From the human T2T-CHM13v2.0 reference genome, Homo sapiens, in the NCBI RefSeq assembly GCF_009914755.1, contig NC_060929.1: a stretch of DNA of 64,000 nucleotides. The stretch is one strand, 5' to 3'. Below are positions 1-17,530 of this stretch, one piece after another (the first letter of the stretch is position 1; every line of letters starts with the position of its first letter). A model generated the notes under the pieces. It did not search any database, was not told where the DNA came from, and saw nothing but the letters and a program-made list of their open reading frames with translations. A program made the translations under genes and the position numbers.

Positions 1-457
1 AGCTTCTTTCCAGTTTTTATCAGAAGACATTTCCCTTTTCAAAATATAGGCCTTCTTTGTGCTACATAATATCACTTTGCAGGTTATACAAAAACATTGT
101 TCCCAAACTGCTCAGTCAAAAGAGAAGCTTCACTCTGTCAGATGAATGCAACCATCACAAAGCAGTTTCTCAAAAACTTCTTTCTAGTTTTTATCCACGT
201 ATATTTTATTTTTCACTGTAGGCCACAATGCCCTCACAAATATCCCTTTGCAGATTCTACAAAAACAAAGTTTCCAAACTGCTGAATCAAAAGAAAGGTT
301 TAACTCTGTGAGATGAATGCACACATCACAAAGCAGTTTCTCTGAAAGCTTCTATCTAGTTCTTCTCTGAAGATATTTTATTTTTCACCACAGGCTTCAA
401 TGCACTCCCAAATATCCCTTTGCAGATTCTACAAAAACAGTGTTTCCAAACTGTTCC
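1..457 (-). repeat. Alpha satellite, ancient-type divergent monomers
   Basis: ~172-bp periodic motifs GCAGATTCTACAAAAACA, GAGATGAATGCACACATCACAAAGCAGTTTCTC and TATCCCTTTGCAG, which are the reverse complement of the alphoid consensus. Confidence 0.95.
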
Positions 458-2484
458 AGAGGTAAACCTGTTTGTTTTTTGATTGAGCAGTTTGGACACA
501 GTGTATTTGTGTAACCTGCTTTGGGATATTTGGGAGTGCATTGAGCCTATGGTGATAAAGGATATACACATGGATAAAAACTAGAAAGAAGCTTGTAGAT
601 AAACTGCTTTGTGACGTGCGCATTCATCCCACAGAGTTAAACCTTTCTTTTGATAGAGCAGTTCGTACTCACTGTTTTTGTAGAGTCTGCAAAGGTATAT
701 TTGGGAGCGCATTGAACCCAATGGCGAAAAAGGAAATATCTTCAGATAAAAACAGATAAGAAGCTTTCTGTGAAACAGCTTTATGATGTGTGCATTCATC
801 TCAGAGAATAAAAGCTTTTTTTTATTGAGCAGTTTGTAAACACTGTTGTTGTAAAATCTCTGTAAGGATACATGGGAGCGGATTGAGACTTATGGTGGAA
901 AAGGAAATATCTTCTGATAAAAACTAGAAAGAAGCATTCTGAGAGACTGCTTTGTGACACGTTCACTCACTTCACTGAGTTAAAACTTTCATTTGATTGA
1001 GAAGTTTGGAAACATTGCTTTTGTAGAATTGCCATGACATTTCTGAGTGCTGGGAAACTTTTGAGAGCATTGAGGCCAATGTTGAAATAGGAAATATATT
1101 CAGATAAAAACTAGAGAGAAGCTTTCTGAGAAACTCTTTTGTGATGTGTGAATTCTTCTCACACATTTAAAACTTTCGTTTGATTCAGCAGTTTGGAAAC
1201 ACTGTTTTTGTAGAATCTGCAATGGTATATTTTGGAGTGCATTGAGGCCTACTGTGGAAAAGGAAATATTTTCAGAGAAGACGTAGATAGAAGCTATCTG
1301 AGAAACTGCTTTGTGATGTGTGCATTCATCTCAGAGTTAAACCATTCTTTTGATTGAGCAGCTTGGAAACACAGTTTTGTAGAATCTTCCAAGGGATATT
1401 TTGGAACTCACGTGGCCTATGGTGAAAAAGGAAATAACTTCAGATAACAACTATAAGGAACCATTCTGAGGAACTGCTGTGTGATGTGTGCATTGTCCTC
1501 ACTCAGTCAAATTGTTCTTTCATTTGAGCACTTGGAAACACTGTTTTGGTAGAAATTGTGAAGGGATATTTGGGAGCACACCGATGCCTATGATGAAAAA
1601 GGAAATAACTTTGGATAAAAACTACAAGAACCTTTCTGAGAAACTGCTTTGTGATGTAGGCATTCATCTCAGAGAGTTAAATTTTTCTTTTGGATGAGCA
1701 GTTTGGAAACACTCTTTTTGCATAATCTGCAAAGTGATATTAGGTAGCACAAAGAGGCCAGTGGTGAAAAAGGAAATATCTTCAGAAAAAATTGGAAATA
1801 AGCGTTATGAGAAACTGCTTTCTGATGTGTGCATTCGTCTGACAGAGTTAAGTCCTTCCTTTGATGGAACTCTTTGGAAACACTGATTTTATATAATCTG
1901 TGAAGCAATATTTTGTACAGCAAAAAGGCCTGTGGAGAACAAGGAAATTTCTTCAGATACAAAATGGAAGGAAGCTTTATGAGAAACTGATTTCTGATGT
2001 GTGTGTTCATCTAACAGAGTTAAAGCCTTCTTTTGATGGAACAGTTTGGAAACACAGTTTTTATAGAATCTGTGACGGGATATTTGGGAGAGCTTTGAGG
2101 CCTATGGTGGAAAAAGAAATATATTCAGGGAAGAACTAGACAGAAGCTATCTGAGAAACTTATTTGTGACATGTGCGTGTATCCCACAGAGTTAAACCTG
2201 TCTTTTGATTGAGCAGTTTGGACAAACAATTTTGTAGTATCTGCAAAGGTATATTTGGGAGCGCATTGTAGCCTCTGTTGAAAAAGGAAATACCTTTGGA
2301 TAAAAACTAGAAAGAATGTTTTTGAGAAACTGATTGATACATGATGTGTGCATTCATCTCACAGAGTTAAACTTTTCCTTTGATAGAGCAGTTTGGAAAT
2401 TCTGTTTTTGAATAATGTGCAAAACGATGATAAGTAGCTCAAAAAGGCCTACGGTGAACAAGGAAATACATTCAGATAAAAACT
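458..2484 (+). repeat. Alpha satellite, ancient-type, about 12 monomers, inverted relative to both neighbours
   Basis: Repeating GAGAAACTGCTTTGTGATGTGTGCATTCATCTCACAGAGTTAAA and GAGCAGTTTGGAAACAC; ends at ...CAGATAAAAACT. Confidence 0.95.
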
Positions 2485-3295
2485 TTGAAAAAACTTTAGA
2501 AGAATATATAACTAAAATAACCAATAAAGAGAAGTGCTTAAAGGAGCTGATGGAGCTGAAAACCAAGGCTCAATAAGTACGTGAAGAATGCAGAAGCCTC
2601 AGGAGCCAATGCGATCAACTGGAAGAAAGGGTATCAGCAATGGAAGATGAAATGAATGAAATGAGGCGAGAAGGGAAGTTTAGAGAAAAAAGAATAAAAA
2701 GAAATGAGCAAAGCCTCCAAGAAATATGGGACTATGTGAAAAGACCAAATCTACGTCTGATTGGTGTACTTGAAAGTGATGGGGAGAATGGAACCAAGTT
2801 GGAAAACATGCCGCAGGATACTATCCAGGAGAACTTCTCCAATCTAGCAAGGCAGGCCAACATTCAGATTCAGGAAATACAGAGAACGACACAAAGATAC
2901 TCCTCGAGAAGAGCAACTCCAAGACACAGAATTGTCAGATTCACCAAAGTTGAAATGAAGGAAAAAATGTTAAGGGCAGCCAGAGAGAAATGTCGGGTTA
3001 CCCTCAAAGGGAAGCCCATCAGACTAACAGCGGATCTCTTGGCAGAAACCCTACAAACCAGAAGAGAGTAGGGTTCAATATTCAACATTCTTAAAGAAAA
3101 GAATTTTCAACCCACAATTTCATAGCCAGCCAAACTAAGCTTCATAAGTGAAGGAGAAATAAAATACTTTACAGACAAGCAAATGCTGAGAGAATTGTCA
3201 CCACCAGGCCTGCCCTAAATGAGCTCCTTAAGGAAGCACTAAATATGGAAGGGGAAAACCGGTACCAGTCACTGCAAAGTCATGGCAAAATGTAA
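2479..3295 (+). pseudogene. L1 ORF1p remnant (N-terminus missing, premature stop, frameshift)
   Basis: ORF 2640-3071 reads RNEQSLQEIWDYVKRPNLRLIG...RFTKVEMKEKMLRAAREK; TGG>TAG stop at 3069-3071; native stop ...AAAATGTAA at 3293-3295. Confidence 0.93.
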
Positions 3296-3343
3296 AGACC
3301 ATCGAGACTAGGAAGAAACTGCATCAACTAATGAGCAAAATAA

Positions 3344-7186
<3,843 letters not shown>

Positions 7187-7403
7187 ACAATGAGAACACA
7201 TGGACACAGGAAGGGGAATATCACACTCTGGGGACTGTTGTGGGGTTGGGAGAGGGGGAGGGATAGCATTGGGAGATATACCTAATGCTAGATGACGAGT
7301 TAGTGGGTGCAGCACACCAGCATGGCACATGTATACATATGTAAGTAACCTGCACAATGTGCACATGTACCCTAATACTTAAAGTATAATAAAGAAAAAA
7401 AAA

Positions 7404-10400
7404 TTTCCTGCTAGTTTTTATCCGAAGGTATTACCTTTTTCATGAAAGGCCTCACTGCACACCCAATTTTGCCTTTGCAGATTCTACAAAAAGAATGTTC
7501 CCAAACTGCTCAACCAATAAGGAGGTTTAACTCTAGAAGAAGAATGCGCACATGTCAGAGCAGTTTCTCAGAAAGCTTCTTTCTAGCTTTTATCAGAAGA
7601 TATTTGCTTTGTCAGCAGAGGACTCATTGTGCTCAAAAATATATCTGCACTCACAAATATCCCTTTGCAGATTCTACAAAAACAGCATTTCCAAAGTGAT
7701 CAATCAAAAGAAAGTTTTAACTCTTTCTATTTTCTATGTGAATATAATTCCTTTTGCCCTGTAGTCTTCAATGTGCTCCCAAATATCCCTTTACAGATTC
7801 TACAAAAACAGCATTTCCAAACTGCTCAGTGAAAAGAAAGTTGTAACTCTGTAAGAAGAATACACATATCACAAAGCAATTTCTCAGAAAGCTTCTGTAT
7901 AGTTATTCTCTGAAGATATTTCCTATTCCACATTAGGCCTCAATGCGCTGCCAAATATCCTTTTGCAGTTTCTACAGAAACAGTGTTTGCAAACTGTTCC
8001 ATCAATACAAGGACTTAAATCTGTGGGATGAATGCACATATCAGAAAGCAGTTTCTCATGAGGTTTCTTTCCAATTTTTATCTCTAGATATTTCCTTGTT
8101 CACTATAGGCTTTTTGAGCTACCAAATATTTCTTCGCAGAATTTGCAAAAACAGTGTTCCCAAATTCCTCAGTCAAAAGAAAGGTATAACACTTTGAGAT
8201 GAATGCACACATCACAAAACAGTTGCTCAAAAATCTTCTTTCTAGTTTTTATCTGAAGATATTTTCGTTTTCACCATTGGCTTCAATGTGTTCCCAAATA
8301 TCCCATCGCAGATTCTACATAAACAGTGTTTCCAAACGGATAAATCAAAAGAAAGCTTTAACTGTGATATGAATGCACACATCACAAAGTACTCTCTCAA
8401 AAAAATTCTGTCTAGTTTTTATCTGAAAATATTTCCTTTTCAACTCTAGGCCTCAATTCTCTCCCAGATGTCCCTTTCCAGATTCTACAAAAACAGTGTT
8501 TCCAAACTGCTCAGTGAAAGGAAAGCTTTAACTCCATGAGATGAATGCAAATATCACAAAAAATTTCCCCAGAGGGCTTCTTTCTACTTCTTCTCTGATG
8601 ATACATCCTTTTTCACCATAGGCCTCAATGCACTCCCAAATATTCCTTGGCAGATTCTACAAAAAGAGTGTTTCCAAAATTCTCAATCAACAGAAAGGTT
8701 TAACTCTGTGAGTTGAGTGCACACATCCCATAGCAGTTTCTCAAAAAGCTTCTTTGTAGTTTTTATGTGAAGATATTTCCTTTTTCACCATGTGAAATAT
8801 GTGAAGATATTTCCTTTTAGGCACTGAAAAATATACCTTAGAAGATTCTACAAAAAGATTGTTTCCAAACTGTTCCATCAAAAGAAGGACTTAACTCTGT
8901 GAGACGAATGCAGAAATAAGAAAGCAGTTTCTCATAACTCTTCTTTCCAGTTTTATCTGAAGGTATTTCCTTCTTCACCATGGGCTTTTTTGTGCTACCT
9001 AACATCGCTTCCCAGATTTTGTCAAAACAGTGTTTCCAAACTGCTCAAAAGAAAGGTTTAAGTCTGCTCAAAAGAAAAGGTTTACCTCCGTGAGATGAAT
9101 GCACACATCACAAAGCTGTTTCTCTGAAATATTCATTCTCATTTTTTATTGGAGATATTTCCTTTTTCAACGTAGGCTTCAATGTGCTCCCAAATATCCC
9201 TATGCAAATTCTATAAATACAGAGTTTATGAAGTGTTCCATCAAAAGAAGGATTTAACTTTGTGAGATGCACACTTTCCAGTGAGAATGCAGAATTTCCA
9301 GTTTTTATCTGAAACTATTGCCTTGTTCACCACAGGCCATTTTGTGCTACCTGGGATCACTTTGCAGGTTATACAAAAACAATGTTTCCAAACTGCTCAG
9401 TCAAAAGAAAAGTTTAACTTTGTGAGAGGAAGGCAAACATCTCAAAGCAGTTTCTCAAAAAGCCTTTTTCTTCTTTTTCTCTGAAGAAGATATTTCCCTT
9501 TTCACCATAGGCCTCAGTGCACTCCCAAATATCCCCTTGCATATTCTACAAAACCAGTGTTTCCAAACAGCTCAATCAAAAGAAACATTTAACACTGTGA
9601 GAAGAATGCACACATCACAAAGCGGTTTCTCAGAAAGCTGCTTTCTAATTTTAACCTATGGTTATTTCCTTTTTCATGTTAGGCCAGGTACATTCCCAAA
9701 TATCACTTTGCAGATTCTACAAAAACAGGGTTTCCAAACTGATCAACCAAAAGAAAGGTTTACCTCTGTGAGGGAAATGCACACATCACAAAGCAGTTTC
9801 TTAAAAAGCTTCCTTCTAGTTTTTATCTGTACCTATTTCCTTTTTCATCATAGGCTTCAATGCACTCCCAAATATCCCTTCGTAGATTCTACAAATACAG
9901 TGTTATCAAACTGCTCAATCAAAAGAAAGATTTAATTCTGTGAGACGAAGGCACTTTTCAGAAGGCAGTGTCTCAGAAAGCTTCTGCCTACTTCTTCTTT
10001 GAAGATATTTCCCTTTCCAACATAGGGCTCAATGCACTCCCAAATATCACTTCACAGTTGCTACAAAAGCAGTTTTTCCAAACTGTTCCCTCAAAAGAAG
10101 GACTTATCTCTATGAGACGATTGCAGATATCAAAAAGCAGTTTCTCATAACGCTTCTTTCCCATTTTTATCTGAATATATTTCCTTGTTCACCATAGGCC
10201 TTTTGCACTACCTAATCTCACTTGGCAGATTACAGAAAAACAGTGTTTCCAAACTGCTCAGTCAAAAGAAAGCTTTAACTCTGTGAGATGAATGCATCCA
10301 TGCTTCAGCAGTTTCTCAAAGAGCTTCTTTCAACTTCTAATCCAAAGATATTTCCTTTTTCACCAAGGCATCAGTGCACTCCAAAATATCCCTTTGAAGA

Positions 10401-10610
10401 TTCTATATAAAGAGTGTTTCCAAACTGCTCAACCAAAGACCTGTTTAACTCTCTGAGAAGAATGCACACATCACTATCCAGCTTCTCAGAAAGGATCCTT
10501 CTGGTTTTTTGCTGAAGTTATTTCCTTTTTCAATATAGGCCCCTTGTGCTCCCAAATATCCCTTTGAAGATTCTTGTAAAACAGTGTTCCCAAACTAATC
10601 AATCAAAAGA
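7404..10610 (-). repeat. Alpha satellite, ancient-type divergent monomers
   Basis: Diagnostic-looking words GCTTCTTTCTAGTTTTTATCTGAAG, TTTCCTTTTTCACC (extra T), CTCCCAAATATCCCTTTGCAG and GGTTTAACTC; many small indels. Confidence 0.93.
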
Positions 10611-13600
10611 ATGCACACATCATAAAGAAGTTTCTCAGAATGCTTCTGTGTAGATTTCATATGAAGATATTTGCTTTTCCACTGCAGTCCTCAAAGTGCT
10701 CCAAAGAGCCATTTGCAGATTTAGAAAAACAGTGTTTTGAAACTGCTCAATCAAAAGAAAGTTTCAACTATGTGAGATGAATGCACACATCACAAAGAAG
10801 TTTCTCAGAATGCTTCTTTGTAGTTTTTATGTGAAGATATTCCTTTTCCACAATATACCTCAAAGTGCTCCAAATATCCACTTGCAGATTGTACAAAAAG
10901 AGTGTTTCAAAACTGTTCAGTCATGAGATAGCTTCAACTCTATGAGTTGAATGCACACATCATGAAGAAGTTTCTCAGAATCCTTCTGTGTAGTTTTTAT
11001 TTGAAGACATTTCCTTTTCCACCACAGGCCACAAAGGGCTCCAAATAACAACTTGCAGATTCTAAAAAAAGGGAGATTCAGACTGCTCAATAAAAAGATA
11101 TGTTCCACTCTGTGAGTTGAATGTACACATCACAAAGAATTCCTCAGAATGCTTCTGTGTAGTTTTTATGTGAGGATATTTCCATTTCAACCATAGGCCT
11201 CAAAGTGCTCCAAATATCCACTTGCACATTCTACAAAAAGAGTGTTTCAAAACAGCTCAATCAAAAGATAGGCTCAACTCTGTGAGATGAATGGACACAT
11301 CACAAAGAAGTTTCTCAGAATGCTTCTGGTGCAGTTTTTATGTGAAGACATTTCCTTTTCCACAATAGGCATCAAAGCCCTCCAAATATCTACTAGAAGA
11401 TTCCACAAAAAGAGTGTTTCCAAACTGCTCAATCAAAAGAAAAGTTCAACTCTGTGAGATGAATGCACACATCACAAAGAAGATTCTAAGAAAGTTTCTG
11501 TATAGTTTTTATGTGAAGATATTTCCTTTTCCACCATAGTCCACAAACAGCACCAAATATCCAGTTGCAGATTCTACAAAAAGAGAGATTCAAAACTGCT
11601 CAATCAAAAGATAGGTTCAACTCTGTGAGTTCAATGCACACATCACAAAGAAGTTTTTCAGAATGCTTCTGTTTAGTTTTTATGTGAGGATATTTCCTTT
11701 TCCACCATAGACCTCAAACGCCCCAAATATTCACTTGCAGACTCTGCAACGAATGTTTCCAAACTTCTCAAACAAAAGAAAGGTTCAAATCTGTCAGATG
11801 AATGCACACTCGAAAAGAAGTTTCTCAAAATGCTTCTGTGTAGTTTTCATGTGAAGATATTTCCTTTTCCACGACAGGCCTCAAAGCGCTCCAAATATCC
11901 ATTTGCAGATTCTACAAAAAGAGTGGTTCAAAACGGCTCAATCATAAGATAAGTTCAACTCTGAGAGTTGAATTCACACAACACAAAGAAGTTTCTCAGA
12001 ATGCTTCTGTGTAGTTTTTATGTGAAGATATTTCCTTTTCCACCATAGGCCGCAAAGGGCTCCAAATATCCACTTGCAGAACCTACAAAATGAGAGATTC
12101 AAAACTGCTGAATCAAAAGAAATGTTCAACCCTGCAAGATGAATGCACACATAGCAAAGAAGTTTCTCAGAATGCTTCTGTGTATATTTTACGGGAAGAT
12201 ATTTGCTTTTCCACTGTACACCTAAAAGCACTCAAAATATTCACTTGCATATTATACAAAAAGAGACGTCCAAAACAGCTCAATCAAAAGAAAGTTTCAA
12301 CCCTGTGAGATGAATGCACACATCACAAAGAATTTTGTCAGAATATTTCTATGTAGTTTTTATGTGAAGTTATTTCCTTTTCCACATCAGGCCTCAAAGC
12401 GCTCCAAATAGCCAATTGCAGATTATACGAAAACAGTGTTTCAAAACTACGCAATCAAAAGAAAGGTTCAACTCTGTGAGATGAATGCACACATCACAAA
12501 GAAGTTTCTCATAATGCTTCTGTGTAGTTTTTATGTGAAGATATTTCCTTTTCCACGATAGGCATCAAAGTGCTCCAAATATCCACTTGCAGATTCTACA
12601 GAAAGAGTGGTTCAAAACTGCTCAATCATAAGATAGGTTCAACTCTGTGAGTTGAATGCACACATCACAAAGAAGTTTTTCAGAATACTTCTGTGTACTT
12701 TTTATGTGACGATATTTCCTTTTCCACCATAGGCCACAAAGGGCTCCAAATATCCACTTGCAGATGGTACAAAAAGAGAGATTCAAAAGTACTCAATCAA
12801 AAGATAGGTTCCACTCTGTGAGATGAATGCACACATCACAAAGAACTTTCTCAGAATGCTTCTGTGCAGATTTTATGTGAAGATATTTGCTTTTCCACTG
12901 TACACCACAAAGCACTCCAAATATCCATTTGCAGATTCTACAAAAAGAGGGTATTAAAACTGCTCAATCAAAAGAAACGTTCAACTATGTGAGAGGAGGC
13001 ACACATCGCAAAGAAGAGTCTCAGAATTCTTCTGTGTAGTTTTTATGTGAAGATATTTTCCTTTCCACCAAAGGACACAAAAGGCTCCTAATACCCACTT
13101 CCAGATTCTACAAAAAGAGTCTCACAACTGCTCAATCAAAAGATAGGTTCAACTCTGTGAGTTGAATGCACACATCACAAAGAAGTTTCTCAGAATGCTA
13201 CTGTGTAGTTTTTATGTGAAGATATTTCCTTTTCCACAATAGGCCGCAAAGCGCTCCAATTATCCACTTGCAGATTCTACAAAAAGGGTGCTTCAAAAAT
13301 GCTTAATGAAAAGAAAGTTTCAACTCTGTGAGATGAATGCACACATCGAAAAGAAGTTTCTCAGAATTCTTCTGTGTATTTTTTATGTGAAGATATTTCC
13401 TTTACCTCCATAGGCCACAAACAGCTCCTAATAGCCATTACCAGATTCTACAAAAAGAGAGTTTCAAAACTGCTCAATCAAAAGCTAGTTTCAACGCTGT
13501 GAGTTCAATGCCCAAATAACAAAGAGGTTTCTCAGAATGCTTCTGTGTAGTTTTTTGTTCAGATATTTCGTTTTCCACCTTAGACTTCAAAGCACTCCAA

Positions 13601-16600
13601 ATATCCACTTGCAGATCCTACAAAAAGAGTGTTTCAAAACTGCTCAATCAAAAGGAAAGTTCAACTCTGTGAGATGAATGCACACATCACAAAGAAGTTT
13701 CTCAGAATTCTTCTGTGTAGTTTTTAGGTGAAGATATTTCCTTTTCCATCATAGGCTGCAAAGGGCTCCAAATATCCACTAGCAGATTCTACAAAAAGAG
13801 ATGTTCAAAACTGCTTAATTAGAAAATAGGTTCAACTCTGTGAGTTGAATGCACACATCACAAAGAAGTTTCTCAGAATGCTTCTTTGTATTTTTCATTT
13901 GAAGATATTTCCTTTTCTGCCATAAGCCTCAAAGCGCTCCAAATATCCACCTGCAGATTCTAGAAAAAGAGTGTTACCAAACTGCTCAATGAAAAGAAAG
14001 GTTCGACTATGGCAGATGAATTCACACATCACAAAGAAGTTTCTCAGAAAGCTTCTGTGTAGTTTTTATGTGAAGATATTTCCTTTTCCATCATAGGCCG
14101 CTAGGGGCTCCAAATATCCAATTGCAGGCTCTACAAATAATAGAGAGATTCAAGACTTCTCAATCAAAAGAAACGTTCAGTTCTGTGAGTTGAATGCATA
14201 CATCACAAAAATTTTCTCAGAATATTTCTGTGTAGTTTTTATGTGAAGATATTTCCTTTTCCACAACAGATCTCAAAGAGCTCCAAATATCCACTTGAAG
14301 ATTCTACAAAAAGTGTGTTTCCAAACTGCCCAATCAAAAGAAAAGTTCAACTCTGTGAGGTGAATGCACACATCACAAAGAAGTTTCTCAGAATGCTTCT
14401 GTGTAGTTTTTATGTGAAGATATTTCATATTCCACCATAAACCTCAGATCTCTCCAATTATCCACATGCAGATACTGCAAAAAGAGAGACTCAAAACTGC
14501 TCAATCAAAAGGTATGTTCAACTCTGTGTGTTGAATGCACACATCCCAAAGGAGTTTCTCAGAATGCTTCTGTGTAGTTTTTATGTGAAGATATTTGCTT
14601 TCCAAAATAGGCCTCAAAACGCTCAACATACCCACTTGCAGATTCTACAAAAACAGAGATTCAAAACTGCTCAATCAAAACATAAGTTCAACACAGTGAG
14701 CTGAATGCAATCATCACAAAGAAGTTTCTCAGAATGCTTCTGTGTAGTTTTTATTTGAAGATATTTCCTTTTCCACCATAGACCGCAAAGGGATACAAAT
14801 ATCCACTTGCATATTCTACAAAAAGAGAGATTCAAAACTGCTCAATCAAAAGATAGTTTCAACTCTGTGAGGTGAATGCATACATCACAAAGAAGTTTCT
14901 CAAAATGCTTCTGTGTACTTTTTATTTGAAGATTTTTCCTTTTCCACAAAAAGCAGACAAGGGCTCCAAATATCAACCTGCAGATTCTACAAAAAGAGAT
15001 TCAAAACTGCTCAATCAAAACACAGGTTCAACTCTGAGTTGATTGCACACATCACAAAGAGGTTTCTCAGAATGCTTCTGTGTAGTTTTTGTCTGAAGAT
15101 ATTTCCCTTTACACCACAGGCAGCTGTGGACTCCAAATATCCACTTGCAGATTCTACAAAAAGTTAGATTCAAAACTGCTCAATGAAAAGATAGGTTGAA
15201 CTCTGTGAGTCGAATGCACACATCACAGAGAAGTTTCTGAGAATGCTTCTGTGTATTTTTTATGTGAAGATATTTCCTTTTCCACGATAGGCCTCAGATC
15301 GCTCCAAATATCCACATGCAGATACTGCAAAAAGAGAGATTCAAAACTGCTCAATCAAAAGATAGGTTCAATTCTGTGAGTTGAATGCACACATAACAAA
15401 GAAGTTTCTCGGAAAGCTTCTGTGTAGTTTTTATGTGAAGATATTTCCTTTTCCACAATAGGCCTCAAAGCAATCCAAATATACACTTGCAGATTCTACA
15501 AAAAGAGAGATTCAAAATTGCTCAATGAAAAAATAGGTTCAACTCTGTGAGTTGAATGCCCATATAAAAAAGAAGTTTCTCAGAATGCTTCAGTGTAGTT
15601 TTTATTTGAAGATATTTCCTTTTCCACCATAGGCCGCAAAGGGCTGCAAATATCCACTTGCAGATTGTATAAAAAGAGAGATTCAAAACTGCTCAGTCAA
15701 AAGATAGGTTCAACTCTGTGAGTTGAATTTACTCATATAAAAGTAGTTCCTCAGAATATTTCTGTGTAGCTTTTATGTGAAGATATTTCCTTTTCCACCA
15801 TAGGCCTCAATGTGCTCCAAATATCCACTTGCAGTTTCCACAAAAAAAGTGTTTCAAAACTTCTCTATCAAAAGAAAGGTTCAACTCTGTGAGTTGAATG
15901 CCCACATCACAAAGTATTTTCTCAGAATGCTTCTGGGTAGTTTTTATTTGAAGATATATCCTTTTCCACCATAGGTAGCCAAGGGCTCCAACTATCCACT
16001 TGCAGATCCTATAAAAAGAGAGATACAAAACTGCTCAATCAAAAGATAGGTTCAACTCTGTGAGGTGAATGCACACATCCTGAAGAACTTTCTCAGAATG
16101 CTTCTGTGTAGTTGTTATGAGAAGATATTTCCTGTTCCACAATAGTCCTCAGATCGCTCCAAATATCCACATGCGGACACCGCAAAAAAAGAGATTCAAA
16201 ACTGCTAAATCAAAAGATAGGTTCAACTCTGCTAGATGAATGCACACATAACAAAGAAGTTTCTCAGAATACTTCTGTGTAGTTTTTAGGTGAAGAGATT
16301 CCCTTTTCCACAAAGGCCTCAGAACGCTCCCAATATCCACTTACAGATTCTACAAAAACAGTGTTTTAAAACTGCTCAATCAAAACATAACTTCAAGTTT
16401 GTGAGTCGAATGCACACATAACAAAGAATTTTCTCAGAATGCTTCGGTGTAGTTTTTATTTGAAGATATTTCCTTTTCCAACATAGGCCACAAAGGACTC
16501 CAAATATCCACTTGCAGATTCTACAAAAAGAGAGATTCAAAACTGCTCAATCAAAAGATAGGTTCAAATCTGTGAGTTGAATGCACACATCCGAAAGAAG

Positions 16601-17530
16601 TTTCTCAGAATGCTTCTGCATAGTTTTTATGTGAATCTGTGTAGTTTTAATGTGGAGATATTTCCTTTTCCAAAATATGCCTCAAAGCCCTCCAAATAAC
16701 CCTTTGCAGATTCTAAAAAGCAGTGTTTCAAAACTGCTCAATCAAAAGAAAGGACCAACTCTGTGAGATGAGTGCACTCATCACAAAGAAGTTTCTCAGA
16801 ATGCTTCTGTGTAGTTTTTCTGTGAAGATATTTCCTTTTCCACAATAGGCCTCATAGTGCTCCAAATATCCACTTGCAGATTCTACAAAAAGAGAGATTC
16901 AAAACTGCTTAATCAAAACACAGGTTCAACTGTGTGTGTTGAATGCACACATCACAAAAAGTTTCTCAGAATGCTTCTGTGTAGTTTTTATTGGAAGATA
17001 TTTCCTTTTCCACCACAAGCAGCCAAGGGCTTCAAATATACACTTGCAGATTCTACAAAAAGAGAGATTCAAAACTGAACAATCAAAACATAGGTTCAGC
17101 TCAGTGAGTTGAATGCACACATTACAAAGAAGTTACTCAGAATGCTTCTGTTTAGTTTTTATTTAAAGATATATCCTTTTCCACCATAGGCAGCCAAGGG
17201 CTCCAAATATCCACTTCCAGATCCTACAAAAAGAGAGATACAATACTGCTCAATCAAAAGATAGGTTCAACACTGTGAGATGAATGCACATATCCTAAAG
17301 GAGTTTCTCAAAATGATTCTGCGCAGTTTTTTGAGAAGATATTTCCTTTTCCACAAAAGGCCTCGGATCGCTCCAAATAGCCACATGCAGATACTGCAAA
17401 AAGAGACATTCAAACTACTAAATAAAAAGATAGGTTCACCTCTGGGAACTGAATGCACACATCTCAAAGAAGTTTCTCTGAATGCTTCTGGGTAGTTTTT
17501 ATGTGAAGATATTTCCTTTTCCAACATAGG
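10611..17530 (-). repeat. Alpha satellite, old A-type monomeric layer 1
   Basis: Words CTCAGAATGCTTCTGTGTAG, AAAAGAGAGATTCAAAACTGCTCAATCAAAAGATAGG and GGGCTCCAAATATCCAC; box position reads TTTCCTTTTCCACCATAGG (A/pJalpha type); no CENP-B boxes seen. End boundary approximate. Confidence 0.9.

Noticed and set aside
7229-7273. G-rich tract with G-quadruplex potential
   Set aside because: Standard L1 3'UTR polypurine tract, also present near 31930-31975; not locus-specific.
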